From Sedimentisphaerales bacterium (GTDB taxonomy: Bacteria > Planctomycetota > Phycisphaerae > Sedimentisphaerales > UBA12454), in assembly GCA_016930635.1 (NCBI GenBank), contig JAFGGI010000062.1, positions 12,463 through 76,462 of the forward strand: a stretch of 64,000 nt of DNA, given 5' to 3'. The notes beneath the pieces were generated by a model that searched no databases, was not told the DNA's origin, and worked only from the letters and a program-made list of their open reading frames with translations. The translations under genes and the position numbers were made by a program. How positions within the stretch are numbered: the first letter of the stretch is position 1; each line of letters begins with the position of its first letter. This document shows, piece by piece, positions 26,381-35,697 of the stretch.

Positions 26381-26586
26381 AGGTTGTTCTGTTTTTTTTC
26401 AAGCCATCTCAAAAGTAGTTCTGTAAGAGGATATGCTACAAACAGGAATGCATAAGAGGTGAAATAGTAAACGGTAAAATTGTCAGATGTTCTATTTATG
26501 ATGAATAGGATGACAGCTGCGATGAGTAATATCCCGATGACGAATATTCGTATTATTCTATATTTTTTTGATTTTGAGGAACTCAC
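26377..26586 (-). CDS. possible small membrane protein (69 aa, GTG start)
   Basis: Track ORF 26377-26715 overlaps the upstream gene. The in-frame GTG at 26586, 17 nt after that gene's stop, gives VSSSKSKKYRIIRIFVIGILLIAAVILFII. Confidence 0.3.
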   Translation of the reverse strand: MSSSKSKKYRIIRIFVIGILLIAAVILFIINRTSDNFTVYYFTSYAFLFVAYPLTELLLRWLEKKQNNL

Positions 26587-26603
26587 TTTTTTCTTCTCAG
26601 AGA

Positions 26604-26888
26604 TTATTGTTTTGGGAGTTCGTAGAGGCCATGGCCGCTGTCGCGGAGTTTTCCCTGTTTGCACAGTTCCCTCCAGACTTCGGGCGGGAATTGTCTCGGC
26701 GGCTGGATGGCACACAGGCCTGACGGGCCGGAGGAAAAGGCTCCCCGGCCGAGCTGCGAATCGGCATCGAGCCTGGTCAATTTCAATCGCTTTTTGAATG
26801 CTTTGAGGGCGCTTTTGAGCGTTTCAGGTGGAATCTGGCTGTCTTGTTGGCCTTGCTGGTTTTCTGTCATATTATTTTCCTCATCCAT
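26604..26888 (-). CDS. hypothetical 94-aa protein
   Basis: Track ORF 26604-27008 reads through REP hairpins. I prefer the MDEENNMTENQQ start at 26888. No family was recognised. Confidence 0.4.
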   Translation of the reverse strand: MDEENNMTENQQGQQDSQIPPETLKSALKAFKKRLKLTRLDADSQLGRGAFSSGPSGLCAIQPPRQFPPEVWRELCKQGKLRDSGHGLYELPKQ

Positions 26889-26920
26889 TTGCAGATTATA
26901 CCCTGTTTTTTCATGGATTT

Positions 26921-27030
26921 CAACCCCCAATAAAGTTGGGGGCTTTTGGATTATAAAACCAACCCTGGTATAAATGCCGGGGCTAAATATATAAAAACAA
27001 CCCCCCAAGCAGGCTTGGGGGCTAACCGAA
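26921..27030. repeat. CCCCCAA...TTGGGGGCT hairpin modules (GGGCTAA family)
   Basis: It contains caacccccaataaagttgggggc, ccggggctaaat and aaccccccaagcaggcttgggggctaacc. A near-identical hairpin occurs at 62797-62830. Confidence 0.8.
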
Positions 27031-27062
27031 TTTTATGGGCATGAATATATTTGGTGAATAAT

Positions 27063-27102
27063 AAAAAGTGACAGGACTGGCGGGGGGTAGTCGCCAGTCC
27101 TG
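27063..27102 (-). terminator. intrinsic terminator downstream of the flp pilin gene
   Basis: An 11-bp stem pairs caggactggcg (27072-27082) with cgccagtcctg (27092-27102). It is followed on the minus strand by a U-run (27063-27067). Confidence 0.6.
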
Positions 27103-27158
27103 CGGGGGTTATTAGTTCTGCCGGAGAATAGTTTTTTATTTGCTATTGTTCGAAAGAA

Positions 27159-27326
27159 CTAAGAACTAAGGGCCGTGAGTAATTGACCGAACCTTGTATT
27201 GACCCATGTGCCAATACTTGTAAGCGTTGCTATTATAGCGACCACGATAAGGCCGGAGATAATAGCATACTCGACGGTTTCGAGTCCTTCTTCAGCCATG
27301 AAGAATTTTTTGAGAAGTATTTTCAT
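27159..27326 (-). CDS. flp: Flp/Fap family type IVb pilin
   Basis: MKILLKKFFMAEEGLETVEYAIISGLIVVAIIATL carries the Flp G/xxxEY processing motif and hydrophobic core. The track start at 27344 is also possible. Confidence 0.75.
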   Translation of the reverse strand: MKILLKKFFMAEEGLETVEYAIISGLIVVAIIATLTSIGTWVNTRFGQLLTALSS

Positions 27327-27473
27327 TGTCACTGTCCTTTCCAACTTTAACCGGTTTTAACCTTTACAGGCAGAAACGGGGTCTTTGGGCTCGTTTTTGG
27401 CCTTCCATGGTCATTTACATTCTATTTAGAGCATAGTAATTGTTTTGCAGAAATGGGGGAAATTTTATAGAAA

Positions 27474-27625
27474 ATTAAAACTAAAAACTAAAAATGAAAA
27501 ATTTAGGAACCGCCTTCCGTCCTTCGTCCCTAAGGGACTACGGAGGACAGGTCGGCGGGGAATTTATAAACCCCCAGTAAAACTGGGGGCTAAATAACCT
27601 CCGGCACAGGTCCGGGGGCTAAATG
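27474..27625. repeat. aaaactaaaaactaaaaa module with an inserted hairpin, plus two ...GGGGGCTAAAT hairpins
   Basis: Compare with 15234-15290 and 38596-38645. Confidence 0.75.
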
Positions 27626-27689
27626 GAAATGTCTTTAAATTTCGCAAAAGTGGGGTATAATGAGATTTGGTTTAATGGAGAATAGGTAA

Positions 27690-28295
27690 GTGAATCCTGC
27701 GTATACGGAAAGTTTGAACAGGCTGATAGACGAGTTGGGAAAGCTGCCGGGGATAGGTCCCAAGACGGCGGAGCGGCTGGCGTTTTATATATTGAAGTCG
27801 GAAAAGAAAGACGCCGGGGCACTGGCTGATGCGATAATGAAGGTGAAAAATGAGATAGGCCAGTGCAAGGTTTGTCATAACTTAGCAGAGGGCCAGTTGT
27901 GTTCTATATGCGGTGATGCGAGGCGGGATAAGAGTATTATCTGTGTGGTTGAGCAGTTTAAAGACCTTATTGCGCTGGAGAAGACGGGGCTTTGCAAGTG
28001 GGTATATCATGTGCTTGGCGGGTGTATCGCACCGCTGGAGGGGGTTGAGCCTGAGGACTTGACGGTTGAGCACCTGGTTGCTCGGATTCGCAAAGGCGGG
28101 GTGAGCGAGGTTGTTATGGCGACGAATCCGACGGTTGAGGGGGACGGGACGGCGTTATATATCAGTTCGCTGATAAAGCCTTTGAAGGTGAAAGTTACGA
28201 GATTAGCGAGGGGCTTGCCGGGCGGGAGCCAGATAGAATATGCCGGCGGAGCGGTTTTGACGGATGCGATACTGGGCAGAAGTGAGCTGGAATAG
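27690..28295 (+). CDS. recR: recombination protein RecR
   Basis: 201 aa with LPGIGPKTAERLAF (HhH), a C4 zinc finger (CKVCHNL...CSICGD) and a Toprim region. Confidence 0.95.
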   Translation: MNPAYTESLNRLIDELGKLPGIGPKTAERLAFYILKSEKKDAGALADAIMKVKNEIGQCKVCHNLAEGQLCSICGDARRDKSIICVVEQFKDLIALEKTGLCKWVYHVLGGCIAPLEGVEPEDLTVEHLVARIRKGGVSEVVMATNPTVEGDGTALYISSLIKPLKVKVTRLARGLPGGSQIEYAGGAVLTDAILGRSELE

Positions 28296-28539
28296 GGGAT
28301 TTGGGGAGATTTTTTAAGAAATTTTCGGCGTTTTTGACACTTATAATTGTTTTTTTTGTCCAAATTTGCTATATTTAAGTAAGACTGGAACAGTTTTTGC
28401 TAACTGCTTGCCACAAAGTTACCCCGCACCGTATTTGATGCGGGACAGACCAAGGCACAAAGAGAAGGTTATAATTTTTGAATTTGTGTTCTGAGGCCTC
28501 GCTGCAGGCGGTCAAGCCCTTATATATGTGTGAGTATCT

Positions 28540-30003
28540 ATGAAGCTGAATATGACAAATCAAATGCGTCTGGAGCAGAAGATGAAACTTGCTCCGAGGA
28601 TGATCCAATCGATGGAGATATTGCAGCTTACGACGCTTGGGCTTCTTGAAAGAATAGAGGCGGAGCTTAACAGTAACCCGGTGCTTGAGGTTGAAGAGCC
28701 GGGCGATGATGCTGAGGTGAATGCGCCTGAGGAGGGCAGTGAAGCGAACGAAAAAGATCTTGTCATCGATGCGGAGAACGGCAAGGCGGACGACTTTGAG
28801 AGGTTGAGCGATTTTGCGGATCATGCCGATGGTTATCTTTCTCGGACAGAAGTTGCGAAACGGCCTGCTTATGAAGATGAGATGGATGCTAAGCTGGCGG
28901 CGATGAGTAATACTGCTGATAAGGGGCAGTCGCTGCATGAGTATCTTACGGATCAGTGGCGGTTTGTCGATGCGGAGGAGAAGACAAAGGCGGCGGGGCA
29001 GATGATAATCGATTATATCGATGAGAAGGGGTATCTGAAGGTCCGGCTGGAGCAGCTTCATAATAAAGATAAGAATGATTTCGGGATGGAGCATCTTGAA
29101 GAGGCACTGGGACTGGTGCAGCAGCTTGAGCCGAGTGGTGTCGGGGCGAGAGATACAAAAGAGTGTTTGCTTATACAGATGCGACAGGGAAGCGATGATA
29201 TGAGTTTTGAGATGGAACTTGTCTCGAAGTATCTCGATAAACTTCTGGAAAACAAGCTGCCTGAGATAGCAAAGAAGATGGGCTGTGCGGTCGAACGTGT
29301 CAATGAGGCGATATTGAAGATGCGAAAGCTTGATATGTCGCCGGGGCTGGCGGTGAGTAAGGAACAGAATCACCCAATAAAGGCGGATGTTATTGTCGAG
29401 GCTGATGAAAGAGGAGGGTTTAGAGTTTATCTTGCCGACAGGAGTATTCCCAATCTCAGGATAAACGAGTATTATGCCGGGATAGCGACGGATAAAAAGA
29501 CGGATGTCAAGACGCGGGATTTTCTGAAGGGAAATATCCGTTCTGCACGATGGCTGATGGATGCGATCGAGCAGAGGAAACAGACTCTTCTGAAAGTAAG
29601 TATTGCTGTTGTTGAAGAGCAGAAAAAGTTTTTCGAGAAAGGCACGATGCATCTAAAACCTTTGCCGATGTCTCAGATAGCAGATAAAATCGGTGTGCAT
29701 GTGGCGACAGTTTCACGGGCAGTTGCGGGCAAATATATTCAGTCGCCGCAGGGTATCATGCCGTTGAGAGATCTTTTCGGCGGCGGGATGGAGACGGATG
29801 ACGGCGGCGCTGAGAGTTTCGAGGCGATCCGTGCGAAGATGCAGCAGATAATAGATTCAGAGGACAAGTCCAAGCCACTCAGTGATGAGGCTATCCGTAA
29901 GAAGTTAGAAGAAATGGGTGTAAAAGATATTGCACGAAGAACGGTTGCGAAATACCGCAAGCTTATGAACATACCTACGGCGCGATTCAGAAAGCGTTTT
30001 TGA
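28540..30003 (+). CDS. rpoN: RNA polymerase sigma-54 factor
   Basis: 487 aa with an N-terminal Q/L-rich region, the HTH IADKIGVHVATVSRAV and the RpoN box ARRTVAKYR. Confidence 0.95.
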   Translation: MKLNMTNQMRLEQKMKLAPRMIQSMEILQLTTLGLLERIEAELNSNPVLEVEEPGDDAEVNAPEEGSEANEKDLVIDAENGKADDFERLSDFADHADGYLSRTEVAKRPAYEDEMDAKLAAMSNTADKGQSLHEYLTDQWRFVDAEEKTKAAGQMIIDYIDEKGYLKVRLEQLHNKDKNDFGMEHLEEALGLVQQLEPSGVGARDTKECLLIQMRQGSDDMSFEMELVSKYLDKLLENKLPEIAKKMGCAVERVNEAILKMRKLDMSPGLAVSKEQNHPIKADVIVEADERGGFRVYLADRSIPNLRINEYYAGIATDKKTDVKTRDFLKGNIRSARWLMDAIEQRKQTLLKVSIAVVEEQKKFFEKGTMHLKPLPMSQIADKIGVHVATVSRAVAGKYIQSPQGIMPLRDLFGGGMETDDGGAESFEAIRAKMQQIIDSEDKSKPLSDEAIRKKLEEMGVKDIARRTVAKYRKLMNIPTARFRKRF

Positions 30004-30028
30004 TTTTCAAGGCCGGGTTTGTATCCAA

Positions 30029-30283
30029 TCAGCCTATCGTTATTTTGATAATTCCGAAGATGATCGCGGCGGCCAGTATCATAAAGACTACGATAGAGGT
30101 GAACAGGATGACGACCTGGCGGACGAAATGAACGAATTTAATCTCATCGATTTTTGTTACTTTGTATATTATGGCGATGACAGCGATTAGCGGCAGGGCG
30201 AGCAGCAATGCGCCGGCTGTGGTACCTATGTGGATAGGTGCTGTAAATCCTGCGAGGATATATAAATTCGTGTCAGTTATCAT
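30029..30283 (-). CDS. small membrane protein
   Basis: 84 aa with 3 hydrophobic segments. Its start codon overlaps the upstream gene's stop codon by 1 nt. Confidence 0.45.
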   Translation of the reverse strand: MITDTNLYILAGFTAPIHIGTTAGALLLALPLIAVIAIIYKVTKIDEIKFVHFVRQVVILFTSIVVFMILAAAIIFGIIKITIG

Positions 30284-30687
30284 TAGTCTGCTTTTTTTAT
30301 GTTAAGATTATGAGCGAGGTACACAGCATTTACGACGCACAGGAGATTGAGCATTCCTGCGATGGCTGTGTAAATTTCTCCGATTTCTCTGGGTTTTCCA
30401 TACGATTCGAGGTTTAAGCTGCTGCTTAAGTGGGCAAAATATGCGACGAGCGGTGAGTTAAGCATTTGCGCCCAGTACCATGGTGTTCCGGCATCAATGA
30501 CAGCGATGGAGCCGAGCCAGATACCCAATGTAAAAGCAGACAAAATTGATAAGAAGATAATGGCAGCTTTTTTGGGCTGGCCTATGAGCCAGTGTCCTGT
30601 ACCTGGTATCCACCAGGCGCCAAGACCGACGATAAGAAGGAACGCGATTCCTTTGGGCCCGATTTTTACGGGAGCGATTTCTTCCAC
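30283..30687 (-). CDS. membrane protein of unknown function
   Basis: 134 aa with 4 hydrophobic segments. It lies 2 nt downstream of the 732-aa gene. Confidence 0.45.
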   Translation of the reverse strand: MEEIAPVKIGPKGIAFLLIVGLGAWWIPGTGHWLIGQPKKAAIIFLSILSAFTLGIWLGSIAVIDAGTPWYWAQMLNSPLVAYFAHLSSSLNLESYGKPREIGEIYTAIAGMLNLLCVVNAVYLAHNLNIKKAD

Positions 30688-30689
30688 GT

Positions 30690-32888
30690 TTATACTCCGT
30701 TTGGTTCTGTCAGCTCCTGCTGTTCTGAGTCGTTTGATTCGTCAGCGATTCTGAGTCCTGCTCTTTTAGTGATATTTTCCGGCATAAGATACTCAACTGC
30801 GATACTCTGTGTTATGATATAGTCTTCTCTGAATGCGATTCTTTGTCTTGTCTGTTCGTAGTTTTGTACGGTTTCCGGCTGACGGCTGAAACTTTTTACG
30901 ACATAGCAGGCAAGCTGCGGTTCGAACTCAACAACAACGGGGACGTTTTCTATTTTTGTTTGCTGCGGTTCGAGCAGTGAATAGAATTTATTTACCAATG
31001 CCGCATTAGTTATATTCTTTTTTATGAATTCTTCGGCAATCGGCGACTGGGACATACTTAATTTTACTGTTTCTATATCTACCTGTGAAAGCCTTCGTTT
31101 TTGGTTCCAGGATTTTGTTTCAAAGGTTTTTTGGGTATTGAGAAGACCTTTTGCCGGACATAACGAATTGTATTTGTCGACAGCCTTGTCCCATCCGATA
31201 TCTTTAGCCATTTTGGCGAAATCGTTTGCCTTTTGCCGGGCTAATTCGAATGCTGCGAATTTTTTGCAGTCCTGTATGACGTTGTCTTTCAGGCTGAAGG
31301 CATCTTCATCTTTTTTGTCATTCTCAGATATCGAGGGCAAATTCTTTTTATAACTGAGGTTGATGTCCTGAGGTACGGATGAATTTTCAGCTTCAATGAC
31401 GCGGACGATGCCTATAACCGTTCTCATATTGTCTGAGACCGGTCCTATGCTGACATACATTTTTGGTTTGGCCGGTTCGAAAGGCCCGAGTTTGACGGCT
31501 TCTTTACCAAACTGTTCTGCTGCAAAGACGTACCTTGGCAGTCTTGTCAGGATACTGCTTTGGGCCTGGATGACAAGGAAGCCGATGCTGTTGTTTTTTT
31601 GTAATTCTTTTTGTGTTACCAGGTTTGTTTTTCCGGTGTATATTTTTATATTGTTCTGCTTAGCGATATTTTCGGCGACTTGTGCATAATCTTTAGCGGC
31701 CTGTCTGAACTGGCTGACATCGGCGGTATCAAAATTTAACGAGCTGAAGCCTTCGTCAGCCTGCTGGACGGCGGTGTTCAGAATAGACATTGCTTTTGCA
31801 GATACTTTTCTCAACATCAGAGTTTCTTTGATATTATCAGCGACTTCGGCATAACTTCTTTGTCTTTCTGCTATGTCTGAGTCTGGGTTGTTCGGGTCTA
31901 TCGGATATTGTTCTGTATAGGCATCAAGATTTTGCTGATAGAAATCTTCTGTTTCATCTTCTGTGGGTTTATCAACGAGTTTTTTCATATCTTCGAGCTT
32001 TATTATCATATACTCGATTGCTGCTTTTGGTTCCTGTTTGTATCCGAAGCCACAGGGGTTGTCTTCTGTTATTATTCCGGGGAGATTATTTTTGTATTTT
32101 TCAAACTGGGCCAGGATTTTTTCTTCGCCGGGTTCTTTTATTTCGTTAATAAATATTTCATTGGCGAACTCTACAAATTCGGCGCTGACAGTTTCCTGTG
32201 TTTTTGCGGCGATGAATTCCATTTGTGCTTCGGTGACGTCTTCTATACCTGTAACAGTTTTTATATACCTGAGTACAGAAAGGAGGTCTGCAAATGTTTG
32301 AACTACCATATCATCAGTCATTTGATTACTTCGTCCGACATTTTGTACGGCGGCAGCGGCATTTACTCTTCCATCGGTCATTTTTGTTAAGAGCATATCC
32401 AGGAACTTTCCTGCGGTTTCGACTGTCATGGTGTAGCTGACATTTTCTGTTTCAGCTTTCAGGAGTATCCAGAATAATTCTGCTCTTCCTGAGGCCTGTG
32501 CGAAGAAATCATCTATTCTTTCCGGGTCTATTCGGAACTGCATTCTTACGCAGGTTCTTTTCAGATCATCACTGAGTAATGAACCTCTGGCAGCCTGCGG
32601 AAAGAGGAGTTGTCCGAGCAGTTTGAATCTCAAATCAGGCTGGCTCAGCAGGAAGTCGTCTATGTAAAGCATTTTCAGGACAGAAAGTTCTCTTGTGGCC
32701 TGTGCGATATCATTTCTGCTGATGGATTTATCTTTATTGAAGAACCACATAGGTTTGTCAGTGCTTTTGAACTTAGGTCTTGCAAGCTGTTTCAGGACGC
32801 TGGGCATAATGAATGCGAGCATAATAATGATGACAAATATAGCCATAAGTTTTGACATATTCTTGCGAAACCACTTGACCAGGTGCAT
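30690..32888 (-). CDS. N-terminally anchored periplasmic protein, PpiD/SurA-chaperone-like (tentative)
   Basis: 732 aa. The MHLVKWFRKNMSKLMAIFVIIIMLAFIMPS anchor resembles the PpiD N-terminus. No clear parvulin motif was seen. Confidence 0.35.
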   Translation of the reverse strand: MHLVKWFRKNMSKLMAIFVIIIMLAFIMPSVLKQLARPKFKSTDKPMWFFNKDKSISRNDIAQATRELSVLKMLYIDDFLLSQPDLRFKLLGQLLFPQAARGSLLSDDLKRTCVRMQFRIDPERIDDFFAQASGRAELFWILLKAETENVSYTMTVETAGKFLDMLLTKMTDGRVNAAAAVQNVGRSNQMTDDMVVQTFADLLSVLRYIKTVTGIEDVTEAQMEFIAAKTQETVSAEFVEFANEIFINEIKEPGEEKILAQFEKYKNNLPGIITEDNPCGFGYKQEPKAAIEYMIIKLEDMKKLVDKPTEDETEDFYQQNLDAYTEQYPIDPNNPDSDIAERQRSYAEVADNIKETLMLRKVSAKAMSILNTAVQQADEGFSSLNFDTADVSQFRQAAKDYAQVAENIAKQNNIKIYTGKTNLVTQKELQKNNSIGFLVIQAQSSILTRLPRYVFAAEQFGKEAVKLGPFEPAKPKMYVSIGPVSDNMRTVIGIVRVIEAENSSVPQDINLSYKKNLPSISENDKKDEDAFSLKDNVIQDCKKFAAFELARQKANDFAKMAKDIGWDKAVDKYNSLCPAKGLLNTQKTFETKSWNQKRRLSQVDIETVKLSMSQSPIAEEFIKKNITNAALVNKFYSLLEPQQTKIENVPVVVEFEPQLACYVVKSFSRQPETVQNYEQTRQRIAFREDYIITQSIAVEYLMPENITKRAGLRIADESNDSEQQELTEPNGV

Positions 32889-33109
32889 ATTTTTTCTCCA
32901 AAAAACGGTTAAAAATCTTATTTAAAGCTGTAACCCCACAAGTATAAAGAGCTTGTGAGTGCTGTTTTAAAAGAGCACAGTATAAGGACTTTGGTTTGTT
33001 TTGCAATAAAAAAACGGAGCCTGTTTTTGCGCAACTATTTGCACTTTTGGTACTTAGTGATTATCATAAAACGTGATTTTAAGGCTAATATCCGGTTTGA
33101 AAGGTTCTT

Positions 33110-34414
33110 ATGTCCAGGGTATTTAATAGGTTTGGTATATCCGGGGCTCAATTTGTCCGGGCCGGGCGTTGTATTGTCGGCGGTGTGAACTCGCCGGTGC
33201 GTGCTTTTGGGTCGGTCGATTGCGGTCCTGTATTTATTGGGCGGGGTAAGGGCTCGAAAATCTATGACATTGACGGCAATGAGTACATTGACTATGTATG
33301 TTCGTGGGGCGCTTTGATACTTGGGCATAGTTACGGACCTGTTATTAAGGCTGTTCAGGATTCTGCTGACAGGGGCACTTCATTCGGCGCGCCGACTGTT
33401 GCGGAGACTGAACTTGCTGAAATTATCTGTGATGCATTTGCTTCGATCGACAAGGTACGTTTGGTCAGCAGCGGCACCGAAGCGGTAATGACAGCAATCC
33501 GTTTAGCCAGGGGTTTTACCGGCAGGGATTATATTGTCAAGATGGCAGGCTGTTATCACGGCCACAGTGATTCGATGCTGGTCCGGGCCGGGTCGGGTTC
33601 GGCGGAATTTTCAAAACCTCTCTCGCCCGGCGTTGTGAAATCATTGGCATCGAGAACGTTAGTTGTTGACTATAATGATATTGATGGATTAGTGAGGGTT
33701 TTTAACAAGCACGGCAAAAAGATAGCGGGATGTATAATTGAGCCTGTTGCTGCAAATATGGGTGTTGTTCTGCCCAAGGCTGGGTATCTTAGAAAAATCA
33801 GGAGTCTTTGCAGCCAGAACAAATCACTTTTGATATTTGATGAAGTGATCACCGGTTTTCGGCTCTGTTACGGCGGGGCGCAGAAGATATTTAAAATCAG
33901 ACCTGACCTTACCTGTCTTGGAAAAATTATCGGCGGCGGTCTGCCTTGTGCGGCCCTTGGCGGCAGGGGGGATATTATGGATATGCTTTCACCAATGGGG
34001 GCGGTTTATCAGGCAGGGACATTAAGCGGCAATCCGCTGGCTACGGCGGCGGCGGTTGCGACTTTGAGAGTCCTGAAAAGTAAAAATTTCTACGATAAAC
34101 TTGAGGCTAAATCGAAATTGCTGGCTGATGGTTTGACTGATGCGGCCAGGCGCAACTCGATACCTTTAAAGATAAACCGTATCGGTTCGCTTTTGAGCTG
34201 TTTTTTCACTAAAAAAACGGTCAAAAACTTTTCTGATGCCAAATCGGCGGATATGAAAATTTTTAAGGCATTTTTTGCTCAAATGCTTAAACAGGGCATT
34301 TATATTGCGCCAAGTCCGTTTGAGGCGATGTTTATTTCTGCGGCACATACTAAAAATGATGTTGAAAAAACGATAGCTAAAGCGGACAATAGTCTAAAAG
34401 CCTTAAAAGATTAA
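33110..34414 (+). CDS. hemL: glutamate-1-semialdehyde 2,1-aminomutase
   Basis: 434 aa with GGVNSPVRAF, VSSGTEA, DEVITGFR and GKIIGGGLP (PLP lysine region). Confidence 0.95.
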   Translation: MSRVFNRFGISGAQFVRAGRCIVGGVNSPVRAFGSVDCGPVFIGRGKGSKIYDIDGNEYIDYVCSWGALILGHSYGPVIKAVQDSADRGTSFGAPTVAETELAEIICDAFASIDKVRLVSSGTEAVMTAIRLARGFTGRDYIVKMAGCYHGHSDSMLVRAGSGSAEFSKPLSPGVVKSLASRTLVVDYNDIDGLVRVFNKHGKKIAGCIIEPVAANMGVVLPKAGYLRKIRSLCSQNKSLLIFDEVITGFRLCYGGAQKIFKIRPDLTCLGKIIGGGLPCAALGGRGDIMDMLSPMGAVYQAGTLSGNPLATAAAVATLRVLKSKNFYDKLEAKSKLLADGLTDAARRNSIPLKINRIGSLLSCFFTKKTVKNFSDAKSADMKIFKAFFAQMLKQGIYIAPSPFEAMFISAAHTKNDVEKTIAKADNSLKALKD

Positions 34415-34445
34415 AGGAAGGATCGAAAATTTAAGGAGAGGTAAA

Positions 34446-35237
34446 ATGAGCGAAGTATCGAAAAAGGATGATAAGCTCCTGGAAACCACCGATTGTCTCG
34501 AAGCTGTCGGGACTCTTAGAAATATCAAAAACGGTTTTTTTCTGATAATTTTTCTTTGCCTTGTGATATTGCAGGGGATTTTCTGGCTTGTGCCCACCGA
34601 ATATGTGAGTCGATCCGATAAAGTTGCTCAAACAGGTTTTGCGCCTGTTACAGCGATGCTGCTGAAGCTTTCGTCGCCGGCGGAGCAGACGGAGCAGGCG
34701 GTAAAGGTAGAAGTCCAAAGCAAGGCCAAGCAGATAGAAGAAGCCGCACAGGCTTTAACATCGGATGCTAATAAAGCTGAAACCGGATATAAGCCTACTA
34801 TGGCAATACATCCTAACTGGATAAAGATCGAATTCAAATATCTTTCGGGATTTATAGTAGTTTGTAATTATCTGCTGGTGATATCGGCAGTCTTATATTC
34901 TTTGACACTGCTTTTTGCGATGAACGTTTCTCTTGTTGGCAGGTTAGGCGGGATAAGTCATATTACCAGGGCTACATTTCTCTCATTTGCTGTTATTGTT
35001 TTGATCTTGCCGTGGCAGATATTATTTAAAGGTCTCTGGTTCGGTGTGATATATACACCTGCCGAGCTGTTACAGGCGTGGCAGGATTTTGGGAGCGCGG
35101 ATTTTTCCGAGGTATCCCGGATGATATTTCGTTTTGTTGTGTGGTGGCTGATCGCGATGATGTTTTTGCTGATCTCGTTCTGGCGGAGTATGCGCTGGTC
35201 GAGGAACACGCTCAAGCGGCTCGGCGTGGTCGGTTAA
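34446..35237 (+). CDS. multi-pass membrane protein of unknown function
   Basis: 263-aa ORF with several TM segments. Confidence 0.45.
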   Translation: MSEVSKKDDKLLETTDCLEAVGTLRNIKNGFFLIIFLCLVILQGIFWLVPTEYVSRSDKVAQTGFAPVTAMLLKLSSPAEQTEQAVKVEVQSKAKQIEEAAQALTSDANKAETGYKPTMAIHPNWIKIEFKYLSGFIVVCNYLLVISAVLYSLTLLFAMNVSLVGRLGGISHITRATFLSFAVIVLILPWQILFKGLWFGVIYTPAELLQAWQDFGSADFSEVSRMIFRFVVWWLIAMMFLLISFWRSMRWSRNTLKRLGVVG

Positions 35238-35256
35238 TATCGGAAATTAATCTACT

Positions 35257-35697
35257 ATGGCGAATTATCATCTTGTCATTTTAAAGAAGCTCTATCTTGA
35301 TAAAATCCTTGACGGCAGCAAGACGGTTGAGCTGCGTCTGACTCGGAGCAAGTGTGCGCCTTTTGATTTTGTAAGTACCGGCGACCGACTTTTTTTTAAG
35401 CAGTCCAGCGGTCCGGTTTGTGCTGTCGGACGAGTGAGAGGTGTTAAGCAATTCTGCGGATTGAACCCATCGAAAATAGCCGAGATGAAGAGGGAGTATA
35501 ATCATTTAATCTGCGGGGCGGACGATTACTGGGAATCGAAATCTGACAGTAGATTTGCAACGCTTGTCTGGCTGGAAAATATCAGGACTATTGAACCACG
35601 CTGGATATCTAAAAAGGATTGGCGGGCGTGGGTGGTATTAAAAAAGGGCAGTGATTTTGGTTTGCTTGACTTAGCTTCTTCTGGCGATGTTGTTTAG
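35257..35697 (+). CDS. ASCH (PUA-like) domain protein
   Basis: 146 aa. YLDKILDGSKTVELRL...GDRLFFK is typical of the ASCH fold. Confidence 0.5.
   Translation: MANYHLVILKKLYLDKILDGSKTVELRLTRSKCAPFDFVSTGDRLFFKQSSGPVCAVGRVRGVKQFCGLNPSKIAEMKREYNHLICGADDYWESKSDSRFATLVWLENIRTIEPRWISKKDWRAWVVLKKGSDFGLLDLASSGDVV

Noticed and set aside
26889-27008. N-terminal extensions of track ORFs through repeat modules: 26604-27008, 51078-51119, 20536-20580 and 6190-6300
   Set aside because: The extended parts are translations of dispersed repeat DNA or promoter sequence. Internal starts with better context exist.
28375-29652. 425-aa ORF antisense to rpoN
   Set aside because: It fully overlaps the well-supported sigma-54 gene. 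Its product is a low-complexity string rich in L/R/I/H/K with no recognisable motifs. This is a typical shadow ORF.
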